The notes beneath the pieces are model-generated. The model was not told the origin of the DNA, ran no database searches, and was given only the letters and a program-made list of their open reading frames with translations. The position numbers were made by a program, and so were the translations under genes. Source: Clostridia bacterium DTU065 (GTDB lineage: Bacteria; Bacillota; DTU065). From it: a DNA stretch of 64,000 nt. The stretch is from the NCBI GenBank assembly GCA_001512545.1, contig LFSI01000050.1:3204-67203 (forward strand). Direction: 5' to 3'. Shown piece by piece: positions 1 to 8,764 of the stretch (its first letter is position 1; each line of letters starts with the position of its first letter).

Positions 1-2077
1 CGCTTATAACAACGTTTGCAGGATCCGCTGGGTTAGCCAGAGCACTAGCGATGTTTATGGTTTTGAACTGATCATCTTTTCTGACCACTAGTTCGTAATC
101 GGCTTTTTCTGTGAGGCCTCCGGCAAGGCCGATGACATCAAGCAGTTTCTGGTTTCTCTCCACCGTATAGGTGCCCGGGCGAGCTACCTCACCCATCACC
201 AGAACCTGACGGTTCCACTTGGGTATCTCAAGGATGTCTCCGCCACGAAGCGGTTCGTTCTTCGACCAATCGACCGGCAAAATTTCACCATTTCTCGTGA
301 TGAAGGCGCTCTGCAGATCGCTGGACTCGGTCTGTCCGCCTGCAAGGGCAAGAACGTCCCAAACAGTGAGTCCCTCGTGCCAGACGAAACTGCCCGGCCT
401 GGCAACTTCACCGAGGACTAGAACTCTTTGATAGGAGATTCCCACAAAGAGTGACTCTCCGCCGGTGAGGACTTCCATGGAATCCACAGGAACTTCTCTG
501 CTGACGCCGTCTTTGACAACAGTTAGAGTCTTTGCAGCATCCTGCTGCAAACCTCCTGCAAGGGCTAGAGCACCTGAGACGGTCAGCCCTTTTCTAACCT
601 CGTAGGCACCTGGGCGCACAACCTGTCCGGCAACGATGATCTGCTGCCTTTCAGGAATAGTAATCACATCTCCATTTTGCAGTACCATGGAACCGAGTCT
701 TGTGAGGCTGCCTACTGTCTCCTCACCGCCGCGCTGCAGGGAGATTGCACTGTCGTCGGCAGTGTCAAGGAGTCCACCAGCTTGAGCTATTATTTCAAGT
801 AGGGTTTGTTCTCCAGTGGGCAGGTAGGTTCCCGGATTCTTGACCGCTCCTAAAACCAGAACGGGACTGGTTTTCGGCACGAAGATAATCGTCCCGGAAC
901 CGATCGTAACATCCAGGCTGGGGTCTCTTAAAACCTTCGCCAAATCCACAGTCCTTTCCCCAACTGTAACCTGTCTCAGGTCGGCGAAGTTGGTTGGTCC
1001 ACCAGCTAGGGATATGGCTTCGAGTAGGGTGTTCGCCTGTGCTACAGCGTAGTTTCCTGGCTTTACAACCTCTCCCAAAACCAGCACCATGTTGGTGGAT
1101 GTCCCCACAACCAGCGACTCTCCGCCGGTAAGAGGGGTTCTATCGTAAACCGAAGTAACGACGGTTTCACTGTCTTTGTAAATGGTTACCTCTTGAGATG
1201 CATCCTGCAGCAAACCTCCTGCAAGTGCTATGGCATCTGCTACTCCCATTCCCGAAGCTATCTGGTAGGAACCTGGTCTGAGCACTTTCCCGGAAATGAC
1301 TACCTGTCTCTTTTCAGCCACTACCAGCGTATCGCCGGGTTGAACCATCTTGTCGCCGATCTCTTTGAGGGCACCTTCATAAACGGTTTCCTTCCCGTAT
1401 CTTTCAACCCTGACTTGGTTTTCATCGGCGTTGAGAGTAAGTCCGCCTGCAAGGGCAATAACATCAAATACTGTGGCATCAGCGGTCGAAAGAGGAAGAC
1501 TATAAGTACCAGGATTCTTCACCGCACCTAACACCAGAACTGGCTTTGCAGCTGGTACGCTGATGGTAGTTCCGGCCGTAAGTTCCATGTCTAGGCTGGG
1601 ATTCTGCAGGATATTTGCAGCGTTAATTTCTAGATCTCCAACCTTAATATGTTCTAAGTCAGCGGTCTGCAGCGGTCCTCCAGCAGCTGCTAATGCATCC
1701 AAAAGGGTGCTGCCATACTCCAAGTTGTAAAAGCCGGGTCTTGCAACATTGCCCAATACCTGTACTCTGAATGTACGGTACTTGGCAACCTGCACAGTCA
1801 CCAAAGGATCCAAAAGGTAGACTTGGAGCCTCTCTACAAGAGCTTTCTCAACTTCTTCTAGCGTATATCCATCAACGTGTAGCTGTCCTGCAAGAGGAAC
1901 GGCGATACGCCCATCAGGACCAACAACCACATCTGTCCGCAGGTCGGGTCTTTCCCAAACGGTAATGATCAGCTGATCACCTGGTCCCAATCTGTACAGT
2001 TCGGTTGCTGCTGAGCTAAACGCTAAAATGAATATTAATAAGAACAATAATCCATGTCGAATCGATCTCTTGTGCAT
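1..2077 (-). CDS. Polysaccharide export protein: Wza-like N-terminal Poly_export domain followed by about 7 tandem SLBB domains. The C-terminus runs off the window start, so the CDS is partial.
   Basis: Manual translation from ATG at 2077 (RBS GGAGGT just upstream): MHKRSIRHGLLFLLIF...LYRLGPGDQLIITVWERPDL...DGRIAVPLAGQLHVDGYTLEEV, which is Poly_export-like. Then ~90-aa units each carry PG-x-Y and [LQ]AGG motifs; the DNA shows recurring cctcctgcaagggc / ccgcctgcaagggc blocks near 336, 555, 1215 and 1445. It is absent from the ORF track because there is no stop inside the window. Confidence 0.7.
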   Translation of the reverse strand, partial: MHKRSIRHGLLFLLIFILAFSSAATELYRLGPGDQLIITVWERPDLRTDVVVGPDGRIAVPLAGQLHVDGYTLEEVEKALVERLQVYLLDPLVTVQVAKYRTFRVQVLGNVARPGFYNLEYGSTLLDALAAAGGPLQTADLEHIKVGDLEINAANILQNPSLDMELTAGTTISVPAAKPVLVLGAVKNPGTYSLPLSTADATVFDVIALAGGLTLNADENQVRVERYGKETVYEGALKEIGDKMVQPGDTLVVAEKRQVVISGKVLRPGSYQIASGMGVADAIALAGGLLQDASQEVTIYKDSETVVTSVYDRTPLTGGESLVVGTSTNMVLVLGEVVKPGNYAVAQANTLLEAISLAGGPTNFADLRQVTVGERTVDLAKVLRDPSLDVTIGSGTIIFVPKTSPVLVLGAVKNPGTYLPTGEQTLLEIIAQAGGLLDTADDSAISLQRGGEETVGSLTRLGSMVLQNGDVITIPERQQIIVAGQVVRPGAYEVRKGLTVSGALALAGGLQQDAAKTLTVVKDGVSREVPVDSMEVLTGGESLFVGISYQRVLVLGEVARPGSFVWHEGLTVWDVLALAGGQTESSDLQSAFITRNGEILPVDWSKNEPLRGGDILEIPKWNRQVLVMGEVARPGTYTVERNQKLLDVIGLAGGLTEKADYELVVRKDDQFKTINIASALANPADPANVVIS

Positions 2078-2217
2078 CGTCCTACCTCCAAAAGCGTCCT
2101 CAAGAGTTGTCCAAAAGCTTACTTCTTATTGTTTCCACATTTCCCTGCCAATCCCTCTGCACAAACCAAATAAAAGCAAAAATAGAGCCGTTTTGAACGG
2201 CTCTATGCTTGTTTCTT

Positions 2218-3135
2218 CTAGTTAAACATGACGCCTCCGACTCTCGCTTCGTACTTGACCTCAATTGGGAAGCGCGTTCCCTCAGGTAAGATCAACGCTT
2301 TGCCTGGAGACATAAAACCAGGAGCTGTTCCTTCTACTGTGATCACAACTCCACCTGCAACTGACGCGGATGCCTTTAGGTCGGAGTAGCTTGTGTTAAA
2401 TGCAGCTATGGACTTTTCAGTCATGCCAACGTCGATGCGAGTTCCGTCGATTGCCGTAAGGCTACCCCAAGATATCTCCACGGTACCGTGCTTACCCATG
2501 CTGCCTAACGGTGTCACATTGATTACCGTTCCTCTACCTTGAGCACCTGCAGGAATCACCAGCCGCTCATTAATGACCACATCTTCAGCTACTGTGTACG
2601 GAATCACCGTTCCGGGTTTTGTATCCTCAGAGCTCAGTGCGATGTTTATTCTAACCCTAACGACTGTACCGCTGGAAACCTTAACGGTCTCTACATTGAA
2701 ACTGTTGGTCGGGAAGATATCGTTACTGATCCTGTTGATTCTTTCAAATACGCTGCCTGCAGACAGCTGGCCGTAGAACTGGCTCTCAATCTCACCTATA
2801 CGGCTGACGATGGATCCGGTGGAAAGCTTTTGAAAGAGAGCCCACTCAATTACGTTGAGTTTTAGAACTATGGAACCTTCAGTAAGGCTTTCTCCGGTGA
2901 TGAAGTTGTACGCTGAGGCTAAGCGCTGGACGAACGCACCAGACTTGGTGACGCCGAACAGATCCTGTTCAATGGCGTTCAGTCTATTTACCAGAGGTCC
3001 GTCGCTAGCTCCGCCGTAAAGCATTACTTCTATTTCAGCAAGAGCCTGGTGAGTAGGTGGAAGTTCAGCGGCAGCTGTCAAGACCGGTAAAACCAAAATC
3101 AAAGATACCAAAAGAATAGTCAGCCTTCTTTTCAT
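2218..3135 (-). CDS. Secreted hypothetical protein: signal peptide, 5-6 tandem ~20-aa repeats, then a beta-rich C-terminal domain
   Basis: 305-aa ORF. The N-terminus MKRRLTILLVSLILVLPVLTAAA is signal-like. Repeats: GPLVNRLNAIEQDLFG / GAFVQRLASAYNFITG / GSIVLKLNVIEWALF / GSIVSRIGEIESQFYG / GSVFERINRISNDIF. The C-terminal half is rich in V, T and G. It is co-oriented with the flanking OMP and Wza-like genes, separated by 15-140 nt. Confidence 0.6.
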   Translation of the reverse strand: MKRRLTILLVSLILVLPVLTAAAELPPTHQALAEIEVMLYGGASDGPLVNRLNAIEQDLFGVTKSGAFVQRLASAYNFITGESLTEGSIVLKLNVIEWALFQKLSTGSIVSRIGEIESQFYGQLSAGSVFERINRISNDIFPTNSFNVETVKVSSGTVVRVRINIALSSEDTKPGTVIPYTVAEDVVINERLVIPAGAQGRGTVINVTPLGSMGKHGTVEISWGSLTAIDGTRIDVGMTEKSIAAFNTSYSDLKASASVAGGVVITVEGTAPGFMSPGKALILPEGTRFPIEVKYEARVGGVMFN

Positions 3136-3150
3136 TGAAGTTCCTCCTCT

Positions 3151-4401
3151 TTAAAACTGAATACTGATCTCTGCTGTGGCTAAATTTTCATCAGCTGTCT
3201 TTCCTGTCAACTTCTCCGAAGAAGTAACTAAACGATAAGCAAGATTGATATAAGTGCTGTCGGTGATGCCGTAGCCAATCTTCAGACGTGCCGTGTTACT
3301 TTCCTCTTCGTTGTCTCTGCTGTAGTACTGGTAGTCTGCCTGGACGTTGGCTTGCAGGATATCGAAAGTGATTCCTGCGGAGGCACCTTTTGTAATAGCT
3401 ATACCTTTCTCCTGGTCGTTAACTCCTCCGTAGAGCAATCCTGCTCTTAAAACAGCTTTCTCATTTATTGGAATGCCTACGACTAAAGAAGTTACCTGAG
3501 GAACTTCAATTTGTTCGCGTAAGTTTGGAGGGGAGAACAAACTGTCTTCTCGATTCTGACTCCTATTGGGCTGTACGTACCCGTAGAGGGGGGCGTTATA
3601 AGTAGCCAAATGAAACTCTCCAAGTTTGAAGGAGAAACCAAGGTCAGGCAGAGTGAACACCCTGTTTCCCTGAATGTCTGCTCCGGCAGTCACCCCAGCC
3701 CCTAATTGAACAGAACCAAATCTAAGGGCCGCTTCAATACGGTAGGACTCATCATTGTTAGCGAGCAAAGCTCCTCCCAGAGCTAAGTTTCCCAACTGAA
3801 TCTCGCCTGCAAGCCTCTTGTTTACTTCAGAAAGAGACACGTACTCCAATCTAAAACGAGCCCAATCGGCAATCTCATTTGTGTAGCTTGCAACAAATGG
3901 CTTCACCATCTCGGTGAGAATGAGATCGACCTCTCTATCTTCATCCCACAATCCATACAGCGTCAGGTTGTCCTGACCCTGATAGACAGCAAACCTCCCG
4001 AAGTAAAAGCCGTAACCCAAATCGCTGAGTTCGCTGCGATACTTGTAAGTCAGACCCATCAGCGACTCTAAAGTCTCAAGGGTGAAGTTTGAGTATTGGT
4101 TCTTCAACTCAGGGAGCTTCTTGACAATGGAAGGGACATCAATAACAATTCTAGCGCTGAGACTGTCGGTTTTAGTACCGCTGACCCTGGTCCAAGCTCT
4201 CCCCACGAGACTTGCAAGTTCATAGGGGCTGCTGTTTTCCGCTCGCAATACACCAAAAGCTTCATCGGCGTTGAGCAATCCTGAGCCGATCAGCACCTTA
4301 AACTCGTGATCTTTCTCTTGGTCCTGGCCAGAAGCTAGACCGACGCAAGTCAGTGCAACAAGAAGAATGATTATAAGGGCGGTATTTAGTTTTCTGGTCA
4401 T
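3151..4401 (-). CDS. Outer-membrane beta-barrel protein, possibly a polysaccharide-export partner
   Basis: 416 aa. Signal peptide MTRKLNTALIIILLVALTCVGLASGQ; alternating hydrophobic beta-strand pattern; C-terminal ...AEISIQF with a terminal Phe, the typical OMP beta-signal. RBS AGAGGGTGG upstream. Confidence 0.6.
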   Translation of the reverse strand: MTRKLNTALIIILLVALTCVGLASGQDQEKDHEFKVLIGSGLLNADEAFGVLRAENSSPYELASLVGRAWTRVSGTKTDSLSARIVIDVPSIVKKLPELKNQYSNFTLETLESLMGLTYKYRSELSDLGYGFYFGRFAVYQGQDNLTLYGLWDEDREVDLILTEMVKPFVASYTNEIADWARFRLEYVSLSEVNKRLAGEIQLGNLALGGALLANNDESYRIEAALRFGSVQLGAGVTAGADIQGNRVFTLPDLGFSFKLGEFHLATYNAPLYGYVQPNRSQNREDSLFSPPNLREQIEVPQVTSLVVGIPINEKAVLRAGLLYGGVNDQEKGIAITKGASAGITFDILQANVQADYQYYSRDNEEESNTARLKIGYGITDSTYINLAYRLVTSSEKLTGKTADENLATAEISIQF

Positions 4402-4495
4402 TTCGCGCCACCCTCTTTGTTATCAAGAATACAAATGGTAATGTTATATCTTCTCGTAGGAAGAAGATTATTCCTTCCTGACGAAACGGTGCGAC

Positions 4496-4888
4496 TCACA
4501 TGTTTTTGCGGCTGTTTAGATACCTATCTACCAGGATTCTGGCAGCATAGTCGTCTAGAGGACGCCTTACGCTCCGCAATCCTTTAGGCAGGATCACCTG
4601 CCAACCGTAGCCGTTTTCTCGGAAGTAGAGTTCCTTTGCCTCGAGCGTCGAATAACCCTCCTCAACGAGTTCAACCGGGAGATCCAACTCTTCGACAAGA
4701 GGCAGATACCGCCTTGCTGTAGTGCCGTTTCCCATCACAACTGTTATACGCTTCCCCTTACTTATTCCCTCGATCTCAGCGATGAGCTCATTAGAAGGCA
4801 CGATTTTCTGAAGCACTACACGGCCTACACTGTCCACCAATGCCAGGCCGCACTTGTCTTTCCCTGGATCTATTCCTAAAAACAGCAT
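4496..4888 (-). CDS. YqgF/RuvX-like (RNase H-fold) putative pre-16S rRNA nuclease / Holliday-junction resolvase-like protein
   Basis: 130 aa. N-terminal MLFLGIDPGKDKCGLALVD resembles RuvX M-ILGLDLGTKTLGVA-SD. C-terminal DDYAARILVDRYLNS resembles RuvX D--AAVIILQ-YLD. The middle region is divergent. Confidence 0.45.
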   Translation of the reverse strand: MLFLGIDPGKDKCGLALVDSVGRVVLQKIVPSNELIAEIEGISKGKRITVVMGNGTTARRYLPLVEELDLPVELVEEGYSTLEAKELYFRENGYGWQVILPKGLRSVRRPLDDYAARILVDRYLNSRKNM

Positions 4889-4990
4889 TAAATCACCTTC
4901 ACAGCTTAATAGCTTCCCTCTGCAGATAGTCTGTACAATAGGGCAAAAAAACGGTGGCAGGTGCCACCGTTTTTTTCTACAGTTAGCTAA

Positions 4991-5812
4991 TTACATCACG
5001 ATACCAACTACGATGCCGGCGATACCAGCGAGCAGACCAAGAATAGCGATGGTTCTGGTGGTCTTGAGTTGGCCTTCCATGGTGATGATCTTGTCGTTTT
5101 GAGCTTCGAGCTGATCTTTGAGCTCATTGATGGACTTTGTGCTGTCTACAGCAGCGATCTTCTCATCCATGCTTGCTTCCAGTTCAGTGGAGAGAACAGC
5201 AAGTTTGGACTCGGTAAGAGCACTTGCTTCTTCCACAGTCTTCAGCTGAGCGATGATGGTCTTGAATCTGTTAGCCATGAACTGGTAAACGCGTGCTTCT
5301 GTGTCGCTCATGATGCCTTCGACTTCAAACAGGATGTCTTCGGCTTTAGCATCGATGAGTGCTGTAACTTGGTCTTCTGTCAGACCAGCAAACTCATGAA
5401 CGATGTGTTTCTCGATAACTGGTTTCTCGATATATTCTTTCTCAATGATCTTGGTTACTTCGACAGGTTCTTGAATAACTCTTTCAATGGTCTTTTCGAT
5501 GATTGGCTGAACAGGTTGATTTACTGTAACAGGCTGTTGAACTACTCTCTCAATCACAGAAGCTGGTTGAGCTTCGATTCTGTCGAGAAGTCTGGCAATG
5601 AGGACTGCTACAGAGTATCTGTTCATTGGCTCGGAACCGCTGAAAGTACCATCAGGCATACCACTAAGTAAACCTTCGTCGACCAATCTAGTAACAGCAT
5701 CATATGCCCAGTGATCAGCTGGAACATCAGGGAAACTAGCGGATGCTACTAGACCTAAACTCAAAACTGCAACAACAACAAATGCCATCATTTTGGTGAA
5801 TTTTTGTTTCAT
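4991..5812 (-). CDS. SLH-domain protein with a repetitive linker, a coiled-coil and a C-terminal transmembrane helix (Ompalpha-like cell-envelope tether)
   Basis: 273 aa. Signal peptide, then a classic SLH motif FPDVPADHWAYDAVTRLVDEGLLSGMPDGTFSGSEPMNRYSVAVLIARLL. Linker with short I/V-E-K-x repeats (IIEKTIERVIQEPVEVTKIIEKEYIEKPVIEKHIV). A heptad-like coiled-coil segment follows. C-terminal hydrophobic TM TIAILGLLAGIAGIVVGIVM. Strong RBS GGGGGTAAAGG. Confidence 0.85.
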   Translation of the reverse strand: MKQKFTKMMAFVVVAVLSLGLVASASFPDVPADHWAYDAVTRLVDEGLLSGMPDGTFSGSEPMNRYSVAVLIARLLDRIEAQPASVIERVVQQPVTVNQPVQPIIEKTIERVIQEPVEVTKIIEKEYIEKPVIEKHIVHEFAGLTEDQVTALIDAKAEDILFEVEGIMSDTEARVYQFMANRFKTIIAQLKTVEEASALTESKLAVLSTELEASMDEKIAAVDSTKSINELKDQLEAQNDKIITMEGQLKTTRTIAILGLLAGIAGIVVGIVM

Positions 5813-6094
5813 ATGAACCTTTACCCCCTCTGGTTATGGTAAATAAATTCCGCTTTTGAGAACTCCTCTGCGTTCTCGAGATGATCTGAAACAAACGCAG
5901 TCACTGGCGACCTCAGTTGTTTCAATTACCTAATCAGTTATATTCTTCAATAGAAAGGCATTTCCTTCCTTTAGCAACATTTAAATCGTTTGGCGTTTAC
6001 TATTTTCCCTTTCCTGAAACACTCAGAAGGAACAACATTTCCCAGTTGGAGTTCGATCATTCTAGGAGAGCTTCGACCCTCCTAGAACAAATCC

Positions 6095-6388
6095 TTAAAC
6101 TGCAAATCCTAATCTTGAAAGTTCCCATGCAACGTGTTCGATGGAGCGCTGTACAAAGATCGCTAGTTCCGGATGTTCTTCTAACAGCCTCCCCAGTACA
6201 ACTGCAAATTCCATGCGGCTTAAATCGGAAAACTCCAAAATCCGCACATAGTCCGGTATCTGCTCCAGTCTTTTTGCTGCAACAGACAGGACCTCCTGCC
6301 TAAACCTTTTCTCCACAACTTCAGCATGAGTCAGAGTCGAGAATAGAAGAAGAACAAGCATCAAAAGCAGAAGCTTTTTGATCCTCAT
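6095..6388 (-). CDS. Small secreted hypothetical protein
   Basis: 97 aa. Signal peptide MRIKKLLLLMLVLLLFSTLTHA. No recognisable motifs. Confidence 0.45.
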   Translation of the reverse strand: MRIKKLLLLMLVLLLFSTLTHAEVVEKRFRQEVLSVAAKRLEQIPDYVRILEFSDLSRMEFAVVLGRLLEEHPELAIFVQRSIEHVAWELSRLGFAV

Positions 6389-6437
6389 GTCTCTCCCTCC
6401 TCAACATAGACAATTGGTCAAAACTCGGTCAGTTCCT

Positions 6438-7670
6438 TCATGCGTTTTCTGGTAATTCCAATATCACCTCCAGCTCGCAGTAGATTGGATATTCGGTTGT
6501 AATGATATCTCTAGTTGCCAAAGCTCTAATCTTCACCGGAATGCTCTGATTAGATGCTTTATCAATAGCTTCTTGAAGGCTTCTCACCGGTACGTCAACC
6601 ACCTTGCCGTTATCTCCTACCAGCATGCCCCTTTTCCGGGCTTCTATACCAAAATCTGTAAGCATGGTAGCAATAGCTTCGAACACGCGCTGCTGGTCGG
6701 AATTGGGCTGCAGAACGATCTCTGTGAGCACTTCGCCCTGCTTGTAGATCATGGTGCGCGGCACGTATTCGAAGTAACAGGCAAGAGGAGCCCCGACAAC
6801 GGTGTTGCCCCAGGCCACTATGCGAAAGACACCTTCAGGGTTTTCGCTGGCTACTTTTGCAATGTCTTTGATTGAGTTCAGGTCGTCTCCAACAACTCTC
6901 AGCGCTTGAAAAGCTCTCTGGTCGCTCCTTGCGCCTTTTTGAAATGCAAGAGTGTCTGCAATTTGAACTGCTTCGTAGAGGAGTTTCTCTATGGTGTCAT
7001 CGCTCCCGGATACCACGGTATTGTAAACAATCTCGTCAGCTTGGTACAAAATGTACCCGCCGTAGAGGCGGTCAAGGAACTCCTCTGTGTACTCTTTGGC
7101 TTTCGTGGTCTCCTCGATTGTAGCAGTAAGCCGCTGTTCAACTTCTTTGAGAACGTCGACCCTTGCCTCGGCTTGCTGGAGTTCGCTGGTTTTCTGCTGC
7201 AGTAGAGTCTCTTTCTCCTGCAGTTCTCTGCTTACGGCATCGTAGGCCTCGTTCAGTTCTTTAAGCTTTGCATCTGCTTCATTGAGCTCGTTCAATGCTG
7301 CAACTCTCTGGGCATCGATCTCCTGCAGTTCTTTTGTGGTGCGGTCGATGAGTTCCGAAAGTTCCATGAGGTTCTTCTCTTTAACCTCGAGTTCGGCTTT
7401 TTGAGTGGCCAAAGTAGTCGTGAGTTCTTCGAGGCCAAATAGGGCTGTCCGAACTTCAACCGACACGATTGAAAGCAAGGCAATAGTTGTAATAGTAATA
7501 ATCATTCCGGTAAGGATTGCGATTAACATAGACGTGTATCTAGGGCGTAGTCCGAAGAGCGACAGCCGCTTCTTGCCTACTCTAAGTCCAAGTCTGTCGC
7601 CGACAAATGCTATTGTTCCGCCTGTGAGTGCAAGTACAAAGACTAGAAGTACACCACTTAGTGACAGCAT
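6438..7670 (-). CDS. Membrane-anchored coiled-coil protein (DUF3084-like), hypothetical
   Basis: The ORF track gives 6438..7736 (432 aa), but its first 22 codons overlap the upstream lptF/G gene by 64 nt. The internal Met (MLSLSGVLLVFVLALTGG...) is the likelier start. The protein has two N-terminal TM segments, then a long heptad-rich region (TALFGLEELTTTLATQKAELEVKEKNLMELSELIDRTTKELQEIDAQRVAALNELNEADAKLKELNEAY...). Confidence 0.55.
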   Translation of the reverse strand: MLSLSGVLLVFVLALTGGTIAFVGDRLGLRVGKKRLSLFGLRPRYTSMLIAILTGMIITITTIALLSIVSVEVRTALFGLEELTTTLATQKAELEVKEKNLMELSELIDRTTKELQEIDAQRVAALNELNEADAKLKELNEAYDAVSRELQEKETLLQQKTSELQQAEARVDVLKEVEQRLTATIEETTKAKEYTEEFLDRLYGGYILYQADEIVYNTVVSGSDDTIEKLLYEAVQIADTLAFQKGARSDQRAFQALRVVGDDLNSIKDIAKVASENPEGVFRIVAWGNTVVGAPLACYFEYVPRTMIYKQGEVLTEIVLQPNSDQQRVFEAIATMLTDFGIEARKRGMLVGDNGKVVDVPVRSLQEAIDKASNQSIPVKIRALATRDIITTEYPIYCELEVILELPENA

Positions 7671-7672
7671 GC

Positions 7673-8764
7673 CTATCGCCCCCTTTTCACTGCCAAACGT
7701 AACGTCCATGCTCCTATCACGATATTTTGTCCCCATGCAGCTAAAGCTGGTGGTAAATGTCCTCCTTGACCTAACACTGAGGATAGAGTAAGCAGGACGT
7801 AGTAAACAAATACAATTGCAATACTGAGTCCAAATCCAATGGCAGAGCCAGACCTAGGCGATGAAGCAGCAAGGGTCGCTCCTAACAGAACGAATATTAA
7901 ACTGGCAAACGGTATAGAAATCTTCTGGTGATACTCGATGAGCAGATCTCTAATGTTTCCCTGACCACTTGTCAGTTTAATACGCTGCCTTAGTTCCCTA
8001 ATCCCCATTTGACTGGGATCCTTGTTTACCAAAACCACATCCTGTGGCTTGTAGACGATGGACAAAGGCTGCGTGTTTCTGGCGAAAGTCATCACTGTTG
8101 TGCGCAGATCGTCATAATAGAAGGTGCGTCCGTTCTCCAAGTACCAAGCCTCGTCTTCCCAGACCATCTTCTCCGCTTCGGTGGTTGATTCCGGTTTTCC
8201 ATCGACAAACGTGAAGTAACTTACATTGGTAAAGGTATTGGTGGTCGGGTCGAACTTCGCAGCATATATCAAGGTTTTTAAAAGACCACCCTGATATTCC
8301 TCTAAAATAACGTTATTTTTGATAACGGGAACCGGTTTATTTCTTACCATTTGTTGAAAGAGAGTCTCATACCTGGTGACTGCTGCTGGAGCCATAACGT
8401 CGTTTACAAATAGCCCAAAAAGCGTCACCGCAAGGCCAAAACCGATAATAGGGCGAACCGTACGCCAAAAGCTCTGACCGCTGGACTCTATGGCAATGAG
8501 CTCGCTGTTTTGCGACATCCTCCCGACAGTCAATATCACGCCCATCAGAGCGGACATAGGGAGCACGTAAACCAGAATCTGGGGAAATTTCATCAGTGCA
8601 AGCTCTACTGCTCGGAGAAACGGAGCTCCAACATCCACTGCAACTCGGGCAAGATACACCAGGTCTGCAGCTACAAAAATGCTGGCAAAAGCCACGATCC
8701 CGAACAAAAACGGCAGGATCAACTCTCTGCAAATATACCTGTCTAAAATAGATAGAAGCTTCAT
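7673..8764 (-). CDS. LPS export ABC transporter permease LptF/LptG (YjgP/YjgQ family)
   Basis: 363 aa. Starts [30 protein letters not shown], the LDRYI-RE family signature. It has three N-terminal TMs, a periplasmic domain and three C-terminal TMs. Its start overlaps the lptB stop by 4 nt. Confidence 0.8.
   Translation of the reverse strand: MKLLSILDRYICRELILPFLFGIVAFASIFVAADLVYLARVAVDVGAPFLRAVELALMKFPQILVYVLPMSALMGVILTVGRMSQNSELIAIESSGQSFWRTVRPIIGFGLAVTLFGLFVNDVMAPAAVTRYETLFQQMVRNKPVPVIKNNVILEEYQGGLLKTLIYAAKFDPTTNTFTNVSYFTFVDGKPESTTEAEKMVWEDEAWYLENGRTFYYDDLRTTVMTFARNTQPLSIVYKPQDVVLVNKDPSQMGIRELRQRIKLTSGQGNIRDLLIEYHQKISIPFASLIFVLLGATLAASSPRSGSAIGFGLSIAIVFVYYVLLTLSSVLGQGGHLPPALAAWGQNIVIGAWTLRLAVKRGR

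Noticed and set aside
5069-5671. 200-aa plus-strand ORF
   Set aside because: It is entirely antisense to the SLH/coiled-coil gene, which has a canonical SLH motif and a strong RBS. Its translation is low-complexity with no motifs. It is a typical antisense artefact of a sequence that is roughly 50% GC.
4991-5812. Assigning the contig to Thermotogae on the basis of the Ompalpha-like protein
   Set aside because: Thermotogae lack the lpxA/B/C/D-lpt machinery that is present here in full. The flanking synteny (spoIIID-flhO/flhP; upp-rpiB-ywlE-sua5-prmC-prfA) is Firmicutes-like. Taxonomy is therefore left as diderm Firmicute-like or related Terrabacteria.
8367-8732. 121-aa minus-strand ORF nested in the lptF/G gene in another frame
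   Set aside because: It is Cys/Arg/Ser-rich with no structure. It overlaps the conserved LptF/G reading frame entirely.
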